Of a DNA stretch of 64,000 bases, positions 37,976-48,219 are shown in pieces. Every line of letters starts with the position of its first letter. Position 1 is the stretch's first letter. The position numbers were made by a program, and so were the translations under genes. The notes under the pieces were generated by a model. That model had not been told where the DNA came from. It worked only from the letters and a program-made list of their open reading frames with translations, and did no database searches. This stretch comes from an uncultured Planctomycetaceae bacterium (GTDB taxonomy: Bacteria; Planctomycetota; Planctomycetia; Isosphaerales; Isosphaeraceae). Location: positions 3,936,001 to 4,000,000 of the forward strand of contig CAWIAD010000002.1 of NCBI GenBank assembly GCA_963833985.1. Reading direction: 5' to 3'.

Positions 37976-40567
37976 TCACTTCCCGGCACGCGCATCGCTC
38001 CTGGTGAGCTGGTGGACGACCGGCTTCGTTCCACCCTTCTTGAGCGCGGCGTCCCTGATCGCCAGGTCTTTGTGCTCGGCTTCCGTGGGCGCCGCGTTCT
38101 TGAGCGCGGTGTTCTCGGCTGGCGTCTTCTGCTCGTGATTCGCGGGGGGCTGGCAGGGCTGGCTGGGGTCGGAACGGGCAGGGCGCATGCGGATCAGGAG
38201 ATGATTGGACACCCCGTTGGGTGTGGCGACGCTGATATCCAGGAGCGGAACGCCGTCCGCGCCCGGTGAGGGGCGGGAGTCCCTGGAGATAGTCACCTCC
38301 AGGATATTGCGGCTCACCAGCACCTGGCTCGCGCTCTTGCCGCCGGCAATCACGTGCGTGTCATGCACGCTGAAGTTCTTGCCCTCGATGAGGATGGTCG
38401 ATTCCTCGCCTTCCTCCGGTGGTGGCCCGTGCCAGGCCAGCAGCGCGGGGCGAAGCTGACCGCCCTGCGAGCAGAAGATGCGCGAGTCATTGTTGTTGTC
38501 CGCGTACGGCACCTGCACGACAAGCCGCTGGGTGGGCATCAAGCTCTTGAGCTGATTGAGCCGTTCCAGGGCGATCTGGTATTCCTCGGGGCGATACTGG
38601 CCCTCGATCCTGGCCCGTGTCAGAGCGCTCTCGGCCGCGACGAGCTTGCGCGACAGCGTCGAGGCTTTTTCCAGGTCCGACTTCTGACCGTCGCCGACCT
38701 CGCTGGTGCGGAACCAGTTGGCCACGGTGATGAACTCGATCTTGGGGACAAAGTTCGGCATCACGATCAGCGCCGTGCATTCTCGTTGACCGGGCTCGAT
38801 GCTCTGCTCCTTGCCAGTCGGATCGGGGAACCGCCCGTTCAAAAGCAGAGCGACGTCGGTGAGCAGGCGGCCGTCGCGCAGCCGGGTCTGGATGCGGGGA
38901 TAGAAGATCCAGCCGAAGGAGCGTTCACCGGCTCCGAATCCCACCATGGTCGGGTTCAGGCGGATGGCGTTCTCGTCTTCGACCCGGCCGCGTTCAGAAG
39001 CCAGGGCGACCGAGGCCAGACCACTGATCGCACGGAGCGGCCCGACGGGCGATGCCGCACCCAGCTCAAGGGCAGACTGGGTGCGCCGGCCGAAACCGTC
39101 AGCCACGTTCTGCTGTGCGATCACCGGCTCGATCGCGTAGACGCGGAGCGGCCATTTCGCGTCGACATAGCGCTCGAACAAGAGCATCGCCCCCTGGGAG
39201 GGCTCTGTCTCGAAGAAGCTGACCCTCCTGAGGTCCGCCAGCTTCAGGGTCGGGTCCTGGTCGGCCATGTCCTGCTTGAGACGCCGGTTCACGGCTGCGG
39301 CCTGAACCTTCAGCGCATAGCCCAGAAAGGCTGAGGTACGCCGGCGATGGGCGCCTGTGGTATCGGCCTCGGTCTGAAGCGAAGTTCCGCCGGCCCTCAG
39401 AACCTGCTTGTCCTGGTTGCCGGACGCCTGCAAGCGGGCGAGCTTGGTGTAATCGCGGCGCGTGACCATGTCGCCGATCTCCTCGAGCGGATCGTAGGTG
39501 GCAACGCGCTGGCCCTGCCGCTCGGGTGTGGCCGCCTCCTCCAGCAAATGGTACGAGACTTCAAGCTCGCCGCGCAGCCAGTCAGCGATCCGCGTGTTGC
39601 GGTGGTGCGGTTCGTCGGCCAGATCCTTCGCCAGGAGCCGTTCGGCCTCAGCCCGTAACAGGCTTGTGCTTTGTGTTCCGTAGAAAACCTCGGTATCCGC
39701 ATAGGAGATCAAGGAGAACGAGCCTGCAAGTGCTCCGTTGGACGGCTCACCTCCCGGCTTCGCGGCCTCGCCGATGGCCTGCGTGAGGTTATTGACGGTC
39801 TCGTTGATGACCGCGCTGCGCAGGGTATTTCGCAAGGTGTCCCTGGTCATGAGGGACTTCGCCGAGACCGTGATGATTGCGCCCTTGCCGCGCCGGCTCT
39901 TGGGACCGGGAGAGAGCGTTACCGGAATCCGCACCAGGTAGAGTCCGTAACCCGGCCGGTCGGTGAGATCATCGCCCGCGTTGATTCTCCGTAACTGGTT
40001 GAGGTGGTTCAAATAATTCGAGTGCTCGTCGAGCACGACGGTGGGTTCCAGGGCCACGGCCATGCGGTCAGGCGGGAGCGCGGCCACCGTCGCGGCCACG
40101 GCGGGCGTCGGTGCCGGTTTGGCGGCGGAGCCGGGGGCCGTGGCGGGTCCCGACGAGGCGGTGCCACCCGGCTCCGGCACGCTCAGCGATGTTCCCAGGA
40201 TCAAGCGCCGGGTCTCGCTCTCGCTGCGGCGGATCGATGCATTGACATCGCTCTTGTAGCCCGTCTTGAGCCATTCGGAGAGCTGGGCCTCGTATTCCGA
40301 CCGGAACTTCGCAAGCCGATCCTGGCCCCAGACATCGGGCGACTTCACCCCGATGGTTCCGTTCGACGTGAGCATCCGGTCAAGGTCGTCGATCATCTGC
40401 TCGGCGTCCGGAAACCGAACCTCGTCCGCGAGCGGGCGCGTGTTGCCCGCGTGCTTGCCGTCGTGGATGTTCTGTGTTCCCACGCAGGCCATTCCGCCAG
40501 GCAAGATCGCAAGCAGCAACAGCAATCTCAAGGTCGTGTACGAGAGCACCTGTCCACGGGTTATCAT
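37976..40567 (-). CDS. Large hypothetical secreted/lipoprotein-like protein
   Basis: Long ORF; hydrophobic N-terminus followed by Cys; C-terminal Ig/IPT-like segment (I.GKNFS...VATPNGVSN). Confidence 0.7.
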   Translation of the reverse strand: MITRGQVLSYTTLRLLLLLAILPGGMACVGTQNIHDGKHAGNTRPLADEVRFPDAEQMIDDLDRMLTSNGTIGVKSPDVWGQDRLAKFRSEYEAQLSEWLKTGYKSDVNASIRRSESETRRLILGTSLSVPEPGGTASSGPATAPGSAAKPAPTPAVAATVAALPPDRMAVALEPTVVLDEHSNYLNHLNQLRRINAGDDLTDRPGYGLYLVRIPVTLSPGPKSRRGKGAIITVSAKSLMTRDTLRNTLRSAVINETVNNLTQAIGEAAKPGGEPSNGALAGSFSLISYADTEVFYGTQSTSLLRAEAERLLAKDLADEPHHRNTRIADWLRGELEVSYHLLEEAATPERQGQRVATYDPLEEIGDMVTRRDYTKLARLQASGNQDKQVLRAGGTSLQTEADTTGAHRRRTSAFLGYALKVQAAAVNRRLKQDMADQDPTLKLADLRRVSFFETEPSQGAMLLFERYVDAKWPLRVYAIEPVIAQQNVADGFGRRTQSALELGAASPVGPLRAISGLASVALASERGRVEDENAIRLNPTMVGFGAGERSFGWIFYPRIQTRLRDGRLLTDVALLLNGRFPDPTGKEQSIEPGQRECTALIVMPNFVPKIEFITVANWFRTSEVGDGQKSDLEKASTLSRKLVAAESALTRARIEGQYRPEEYQIALERLNQLKSLMPTQRLVVQVPYADNNNDSRIFCSQGGQLRPALLAWHGPPPEEGEESTILIEGKNFSVHDTHVIAGGKSASQVLVSRNILEVTISRDSRPSPGADGVPLLDISVATPNGVSNHLLIRMRPARSDPSQPCQPPANHEQKTPAENTALKNAAPTEAEHKDLAIRDAALKKGGTKPVVHQLTRSDARAGK

Positions 40568-40922
40568 GGGAGCCTCGGGTGCGGGCCGGTCCGCGCACAT
40601 CGGCGGACATCGAGAAGTGAGATCGGATCGGGTTTGCCGGTCAGTCCAGCAAATCCGCGGTGAGGTGCGCGGATTGTAAAAATGACCTCAAGATTGGAAG
40701 GCACAAGCGGCGACGACGCACCCACCGGCGCGCACCGCACGGGCCTCCACCTCCACTTTCAACACGGTCTGGCCGTGCGCGCGATTTCGAGTAGGGTGAA
40801 GCTTCCTTTTTCAGAGCGACGGCGGAGCCGGGCGGATTCCGGGCAGAGGATGCTCGCTGGCATCGCGACACCGGTGCCGCGGGCTTCGGCGGAGCCGGGA
40901 GCCAGGTCGAGGACCACGATCG

Positions 40923-42845
40923 GTGTCCTATCGCAGCTTCAAGCACCTGCTCGGCGAGACCAGCCTGGAGCGCAAGTGCCGCTTCATCTTCGGGCTGGGG
41001 ATCTTTCTGCTGGTCACGTTCAGCTTTCTACTCTACGGCGTCAAGACAGAGAGCCTGGTGAAGAAGCAGACCACCCAGACGGCGCGCATGCTCGTCAACC
41101 CGACGCTCATGAACATCCACTACAAGCAGCTCGGGAACGACCGGTTCGAGTCCATCATCGATGTTCTCTGGGGCGGTCTCAGGCCGCTCGACGATCTGCC
41201 CGACTTCGAGCCCCGGATCCTCAACCCGTATACGCGCCAGGGACTCCAAGAAGCAGCCCCAGGACGAGTTCGAGAAGTCTGCCCTGGCGCGCTTCGTGGA
41301 AGCGGCCGCGGCCTCCGACGATGATGCGCTGCGGCGTGCGGGCAAGCCCCAGGACCGGCCCTACTATTTCGCGGACGGCACGCCGATGTGGTTGGAGGGG
41401 ATCAACAAGGCCAGGAAGGAATATCAGTATATTCAGGCCGTGACATTCAAGTCGTCCTGTCTCATGGACTGTCATAGCAAGGAACGAGAGAGCACGAGAC
41501 CGCGGGGAGCCAGGATGATGAGACCGAGCACCTGGACAACCACCTGATGCGCCCTGCCGGCGACGGCCAGCACTGGGTCCCCACGAAGGCGGGCGACCTG
41601 GCCGGCGCGGTGGTGGTCCACGTTCCGATGGAAGCCACCGATAAGGCCATCATCACCAACCGGGCAATGCTCATCACCGCGGCGCTGGTGACGGCGATCC
41701 TGGCGATGATTTGCTCGGCCATGATCGTCCGCTATGTCATCGTCAAGCCCGTGAAGCACTTGCGTGACGTCTCCGATGCCATCGCGGCGGGCCGGCTGAA
41801 CATCCGCAGCCAGATCCAGACCGGCGACGAGTTCGAGGACCTCTCGCACGCCTTCAACCGGATGCTGCATAACCTGGTCGCCATGCAGCAGGAGCTGCGC
41901 GACGTCAACGGCGACCTCGACCGCAAGGTGGACGAGCTGGCTCAGGCGAACATGGCGCTCTACGAGATGAACCGGATCAAGAGCGATTTCCTGGCGACGA
42001 TGAGCCACGAGCTGCGCACGCCCCTGAACTCGATCATCGGCTTCTCCGAGGTCCTCTCCGGCAGCGATGCGCTGGGAGAGCGGCAGCGGCGCTACGCCAG
42101 CAACATCCAGACGTCCGGCAAGATGCTTCTGGGCATGATCAACGACATCCTCGACCTGGCCAAGATTGAGAGTGGCAAGATGGAGGTCCGGGTCGAGGAC
42201 TTCTCGATCCGCGATGTATGCGAGGGCGTGGCCAACCTGACGCGGCCCATGGCCGACCGCAAGAACATCGCCCTGGAGTGCCGGCTGGACGAGGCGATCC
42301 CCCTCTTGCGGCAAGATCCCGGCAAGGTCCGCCAGATCCTTTACAACCTGCTTTCCAACGCGATCAAGTTCACTCCCGAGGGGGGGCGTGTGACCCTGCG
42401 TGCCCGCGCCGAAGGGCGCAACGTGGTGCTCGAGGTGGAAGACACCGGCATCGGCATCGCCGAGGAGGATCGCGAGACCGTCTTCGAGAAGTTCCGTCAG
42501 GCCAAGGTGCCCGGCCAGGAAGACAACGTGCTCACGCGCGAGCACCAGGGGACCGGGTTGGGGCTATCGATCGTGCGCGAGCTCACCCGGCTCCTGGGCG
42601 GCGAGATCCATTTGAAGAGCGAGCTTGGACAGGGGAGCACGTTCACCATCCGGCTCCCTCTCCAGCTACCCGGCAATCGCAAGTTTGATGTGGCTCTCTC
42701 CGACGAGGCGATCGACCTCTCCAAGGCACGCCGCGTTGAGACTCCGACACCAACCCCGCACCTGCTGATCGGCCGGCGCCAGCCCGCTGCAAATGGGCCG
42801 CCGGGGCATACCCGCGGCCGGGAGCGCAACCCCTCGGCACCCTGA
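40923..42845 (+). CDS. HAMP-domain sensor histidine kinase, frameshifts near 41240 and 41510
   Basis: N-terminal TM; HAMP GDEFEDLS.AFNRM; H-box SHELRTPLN; NLLSNAIKFT, DTGIGI, GTGLGL. Confidence 0.88.
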
Positions 42846-42990
42846 ACCGCATGCGATGCGCCTTCGGCATGGCCGCCAAACCTTGACCCGGCCCGCCACC
42901 CTGACATCCTGAGCTCTAGCCTCTGAGAATGGCCTTCAACCATCGATCACACCCGGACCAGCATCGTGGCTCTCTCTCCTGGTTGACGGA

Positions 42991-44857
42991 ATGAAATCCT
43001 CGACAACCCCACCCTCGCACTCGCGGCGTCACAGGCAACTTCTGCTGGCATTACTCCTGTGCGGCTGCACCCTGCTCGTGGCGCTCGGAGTGGTGCTGGC
43101 ACTCTGGTTGGAGAGTCCCGTGCGAACTCTCCCTTATGGCCAGTTTCGCAAGCTGGTGGAACAGGATGAGGTCGTATCGGCCCGTCTTGGCCCCTCGGTC
43201 ATCGAGGGCCGGCTGCGCACGGTCGAGCCGGAGACCGGAAAACTGGCTCGCTTCCGCGTCTCACGCGTGGGGATGGAACACGACGAGGACCTGATCCGGC
43301 TGCTCGATCTGCATGTTCCCGGCGGCAATTACGATGCCGAGTCGGGCCCCTCGGCACTCCAGACGGTGGTCTTTCCCGGTGCCCTGTTCGTACTCATGCT
43401 GCTGGCATTTTCCTGGGTCTTCTCGCGCTCCGGCGGGATGGGCTCGGCGATGGCCTTTGCCAGAACGAAGGCGCGGGTGTACACCGGCAGTTCGCACCGG
43501 GTCACCTTCAACGACGTTGCCGGCCACGACGAGGTCGTCACCGAGCTGCGCGAGGTCGTCGAGTTCTTGCAGACTCCCGGGAAGTACGGCTCGCTGGGAG
43601 GTCGGGTTCCCAAGGGGGTGCTCTTGATCGGTGCTCCCGGGACGGGCAAGACGCTCCTGGCCCGCGCAGTGGCCGGTGAGGCGGGGGTGCCGTTTTTCTC
43701 ACTCTCCGGCTCCGATTTCGTTGAGCTGTTCGTCGGCGTGGGTGCGTCGCGGGTCCGCAACCTGTTCGCCAAAGCCGCCACCAAGGCCCCCTGCCTGATC
43801 TTCATCGACGAGCTCGACGCGATCGGCAAGGCACGCGGCCCCGGCGGCCCCGGCGGCCACGACGAGCGCGACCAGACGCTCAACCAGTTGCTGGTGGAGA
43901 TGGACGGCTTCGACGCGAACCGGGGTATTATCTTGCTGGCCGCGACCAACCGCCCCGAAACGCTCGACCAGGCTCTGGTGCGTCCTGGCCGCTTTGACCG
44001 GCAAGTGGTCGTGGACCGCCCCGACCTGATCGGCCGGGAACAGATCCTCAAGGTCCACGCACGCGCTGTCCCGCTCGAAGAGACAATCAGCCTGCGCCAG
44101 GTCGCGGCGATCACGCCGGGCTTCGTGGGGGCGGACCTGGCCAACCTTGTCAACGAGGCCGCCTTGCTGGCAGCGCGGCGCGGCAAGACGACCGTCGGCC
44201 TCCCCGAATTCGAGGAAGGCATCGAGCGGTTGATCGCCGGTCCCGAGAAACGGCAACGGCTGCTGCGTTCGGGGGAGAAGGAGCGGATCGCGTTCCACGA
44301 GGCGGGCCACGCCCTGGTGGCGCAAGCTGCCCGACACCGATCCTGTCCACAAGGTCTCGATCATCGGCCGCGGCAGTGGAGCACTGGGCTACACGCTCTA
44401 TCGCCCCGAGGAGGACCGCTTGCTCCATACGCGCACATCGCTGGAAAACGCGGTGAGCACCCTGCTGGGCGGAACTCTGGCCGAGGAGCTGGCGCTGGGA
44501 GAGGCTTCTGATGGCTGTTCCAACGACCTCAGCCGCGCCACCCAGATCGCCCGGCGCATGGTCGTCGAGTTTGGAATGTCCAGCGTCCTCGGCCGGCTCA
44601 ATTACCTCAGGGACAACCAGACCGGTCCAGGCGCCCAGGAACAAAGGTGGAGTGAGCAGACGGCCCGAGAAATTGATCTCGAAGTCCGCAGGATTGTGGA
44701 TCAAGCCCAGGAGCGCGCCCACAAGATCCTGCTGGACCACCGTTTCGCACTGGACCGGATCGCGGCCCGCCTGGTGGACCAGGAAACCATCGATGGTGCG
44801 GATCTCGACGAACTGCTCGAATCCGCGGATGGCAAGCCTCGTAACACGGTGCAGTGA
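42991..44857 (+). CDS. ftsH: ATP-dependent zinc metalloprotease FtsH, frameshift near 44325
   Basis: Two TMs, [37 protein letters not shown]; protease tail in ORF 44420..44857. Confidence 0.92.
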
Positions 44858-44996
44858 CCCGACGATTGCCCTGAGGATTCCGGAATCCCCGCCCGGCGCG
44901 TTTCGCCACCGATCCTGCTTCGATAGACTCGGTCGAAAGTTGGCGATCGGCGTACCGACCTGATCGAGTTCGAGTCACCCGTTCGGAGCGCAGCGC

Positions 44997-45983
44997 ATGA
45001 CATGGCAAGGGGATGGCCCGCCGATCCTCGGCGTGGACCTGGGTGGCACCAAGATCCTGGCCGGTGTGGTGAGCGCCGACAACCGGATCCTGGGGCGCGG
45101 CAAGCGGAATACGCCGGCCCGAGAGGGAGGGCCGGCGATCCTGGAGGCGATGATCGAGTGCGCCGGCGAGGCCCTCGCCTCCGCAGGCATCTCTCGCGAC
45201 CAGCTTGCGGCGGGCGGAATCGGCTCGCCTGGCCCTCTGGACGTCAAGGCGGGCGTCATTCTCTTCAGTGCCAACCTGAACGTGAAGAACTATCCGATCG
45301 GTCCGGAGCTCGCCGCGTACCTGGACCGGCCGGTGCTGGTGCAGAACGATGTGCGGGTGGCGGGATACGCCGAGTTTCGCCTGGGGGCTGGGCGCGGCTA
45401 TCGCGACATGATCGCGGCGTTCGTGGGCACCGGCATTGGCGGCTGCATCATCATGGGCGGCCAGATCGTGGCGGGTTCCACCGGCAATGCCGGAGAGATC
45501 GGCCACACCATCGTCAAGGCCGGCGGGCCGCGGTGCGGCTGCGGTGCCGAGGGCTGCATGGAGGCCCTGGCCAGCAAGACCGCCATCCAGAGACGCGTGA
45601 ACAAGGCCATTCAAAAGGGCATTCCGACCGTGCTCCGGGAGAAGATGGCCCGCAAGAACGGGCGGCTGAAAAGTGGGGACCTCGCCGAGGCGGTCGCCGC
45701 CTGCGACGCGGTGGCCTTGAAGGCGGTGGAGCGTGCCGCCCACTACCTGGGCCTGGGCCTGGGTGGGCTTGTCAACGTTCTCGGCCCCGAGGTCGTCATC
45801 ATCGGCGGCGGCGTGCCGGGTGCGCTGGGCGACCCCTGGGTCGAGCTGGCACGGACCTCCGCTCGAACCCAGATCCTCACCGACCCCGAAGGCCACATCA
45901 AGATCCTCCGTGCCGCGCTAGGCGACGACGCCGGTGTCCTGGGTTCCGCCTTGATGGCGCGCGAACAGTTCATTCACGGCTGA
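44997..45983 (+). CDS. ROK-family sugar kinase (glucokinase-like)
   Basis: GVDLGGTK, NDV, GTGIGG, GEIGH, CGCGAEGCME. Confidence 0.92.
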   Translation: MTWQGDGPPILGVDLGGTKILAGVVSADNRILGRGKRNTPAREGGPAILEAMIECAGEALASAGISRDQLAAGGIGSPGPLDVKAGVILFSANLNVKNYPIGPELAAYLDRPVLVQNDVRVAGYAEFRLGAGRGYRDMIAAFVGTGIGGCIIMGGQIVAGSTGNAGEIGHTIVKAGGPRCGCGAEGCMEALASKTAIQRRVNKAIQKGIPTVLREKMARKNGRLKSGDLAEAVAACDAVALKAVERAAHYLGLGLGGLVNVLGPEVVIIGGGVPGALGDPWVELARTSARTQILTDPEGHIKILRAALGDDAGVLGSALMAREQFIHG

Positions 45984-46208
45984 CCGCTCCGACGACGAAC
46001 GCCCGTCGGACAGCACCGGGTTCCCTGCCTTTCCCCTCGATCCATCCAGTACGCTGGATACTTTACAAAGGCGCCCGAAAAAGCCAAGATCGGCCTGTTC
46101 ATGGTTCCTGCGTCCGGGTGCTTGACGCGGGAGACGTTGGGCGCGGCGGAGCTGACCGGAAATCACCCTGGCGCAACGGCAGACCAGGTCTGACAGGGGG
46201 CCGCGTTC

Positions 46209-47813
46209 ATGGCCAGGCTTTTCGGCTCCCAGCGGCTGGTACTTCAAGCAATCCGGGATGCTCAGGGCGAGAAGACGGACTACGTCGACTATGTGAAAAT
46301 CTCGGCGTCGACCCGGATCCCTCTGCTGGATGTCCGGGACTGGCTGGAGACATTGGATCACGAGGGTCTGGTGGACCTGGCCCCGACCGCCGATGGAATT
46401 CGCGCATCCTTGACGGCCAAGGGTCGGCTCGCACTCGGGCCGCGGGTGGCCGGAAGAGATCCGGCCCGGGAAGGCGTTTCTCATCCGCACGTCACGGCAA
46501 GCCCCACACCGCGCGATGCGGCTGCCACCGGCAGTTCACCCGGGCAGATCGAGAGAGTTCCGGGCGCGGCCGGAGACGACGGCGAGTTGAAGCCGCTGGA
46601 CCTGAGTTTGCCCGTGACCGTCCGCTTGAGGAGGTACCGGGCGCGGATGGAGGGCAAGATGGCGAACCTCGCCATCCATCCTCAGGGTACGGCATTTGCT
46701 TTCAGCGTGGACCAGAACCTGTTCGTCGAAGCCCTGGATGATCTGGCGCAGGTGTTTGTGGGAAAGCATCCGGAGCGGGCCGGAGCCGACGAATCCTCCA
46801 ACCGGGTGGAACTGTGCGAGCAGAACCAGAACTCAGCTCATTTTAACCGGATCAGCGCGGTGACGTTCTCTCCGTGCGGCCAGTACCTGGTCTCCGCGGA
46901 CCACTTCGGACGGATCAGGATCTGGTCGCTGGCGACCTGCGATCTGGTGCACGAACTGGATGATCATGACTCGGGCGTGACCGCCCTGGAGTTCTGCCCG
47001 CGCTGGAATCTGCTGGCGTCCGGCTCCTACGACGAGCGAGTTCTGCTCTGGCGATGGGAGAACATCGAGAGCGCCGCACCCGCGATCTTCCGCGAGTTCC
47101 AGGCACCCTCGTCATCCAGACCGCCGCCGAGGTCAATCCACTCCAGACAGTGCATCGTCGCCATGGCTTTCTCTCCCCTGGGAAACCATCTTGCCTGGGG
47201 CGACACCAGCGGCAACGTCGTGGTCCGCGATATCCGGGGGAGCACGGTCGTCTATCACAAGAAACTGCACCGGCAGCGCGTGCAGGCGCTGGCGTTCTGG
47301 CCGTCGAATCCCCTGGTCCTCGCGTCAGCCAGCGACGACAAGAGCGTGCGCCTGGTTCATATCGGATTACCCCAGCGCAATGCGCGGAGCGAGTTCATCC
47401 TCGGGAAAGACCTGAGCCCGCTTGATCAGAGGTATCCTCGAACTCATGAGAAGGCACTCAACTCCATCGCCTTTTCGCGCAACGGCGATGTCCTGGTCTC
47501 ATCAGGGCGTGACGGGCTGGTGAAGGTCTGGGCCATGGTGGACCCAGATCGCCCGGAACTGTTCCGATGGTCCACGAGGCGCGACGGGCGGCCCGACTGG
47601 CAGCAGGTGGACAGAAGGTTGCTGCACTCGTTCCCCAGCGAGAGCGGTTGCGACGTGGACCGCGTGGCGTTCTTTCCGCACGGGTATGAGTTCGCGACCG
47701 ACGCGCCGGATAGCGACATCAGCGTCTGGGAGATGTGTAACGACAAGGGGCTGCTGACCCATGTCACCGTGACAGTGGCTCCGAACCCGCCGCCATCGCC
47801 AGGCGTCCTGTGA
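46209..47813 (+). CDS. WD40-repeat protein with N-terminal winged-helix-like domain
   Basis: Repeats such as H...ISAVTFSP.G..LVS.D..G.IRIW, LASGSYD..VLLW and LVSSGRDG.VKVW. Confidence 0.85.
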   Translation: MARLFGSQRLVLQAIRDAQGEKTDYVDYVKISASTRIPLLDVRDWLETLDHEGLVDLAPTADGIRASLTAKGRLALGPRVAGRDPAREGVSHPHVTASPTPRDAAATGSSPGQIERVPGAAGDDGELKPLDLSLPVTVRLRRYRARMEGKMANLAIHPQGTAFAFSVDQNLFVEALDDLAQVFVGKHPERAGADESSNRVELCEQNQNSAHFNRISAVTFSPCGQYLVSADHFGRIRIWSLATCDLVHELDDHDSGVTALEFCPRWNLLASGSYDERVLLWRWENIESAAPAIFREFQAPSSSRPPPRSIHSRQCIVAMAFSPLGNHLAWGDTSGNVVVRDIRGSTVVYHKKLHRQRVQALAFWPSNPLVLASASDDKSVRLVHIGLPQRNARSEFILGKDLSPLDQRYPRTHEKALNSIAFSRNGDVLVSSGRDGLVKVWAMVDPDRPELFRWSTRRDGRPDWQQVDRRLLHSFPSESGCDVDRVAFFPHGYEFATDAPDSDISVWEMCNDKGLLTHVTVTVAPNPPPSPGVL

Positions 47814-47917
47814 GAGGCGGACGCAACGCAAGCGGGCGAGATGCCTCGCCCCTGAGCACACCGGTACGGGGTATGCTCGGCTCAACTCCCGCGGAACCTT
47901 GTCATGAGGTGCAAATC

Positions 47918-48217
47918 ATGAAAAGACGATTCCGGAGAAGGCAGAACGCCGTGCTTGCCCGTCTGAGCCTGCACATCGAGATCTGTCTTGATGATTTGCA
48001 TCCCCGGCCCTTGCGCACGAGGTCGGCCCGATATGCCGCGGCCCTGGGCGAGATGCTGGGGCTCATCACGCGTCCCCCCTGCTGCTCGTGGTGCCGCCGC
48101 CGGCGCAGGCTCCAGCGGCATCACTGGGACTACGCCGAGCCACTGAACGTGACCTTCCTGTGCGCGGAGTGCCACGCGCTGGCCGACCAGATGGTTGAAC
48201 AGTCGCAGAGTGCCTGA
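47918..48217 (+). CDS. Small HNH-like Zn-finger protein
   Basis: CSWC...QRHHWDY..PLNV.FLCAECH. Confidence 0.6.
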   Translation: MKRRFRRRQNAVLARLSLHIEICLDDLHPRPLRTRSARYAAALGEMLGLITRPPCCSWCRRRRRLQRHHWDYAEPLNVTFLCAECHALADQMVEQSQSA

Positions 48218-48219
48218 AC

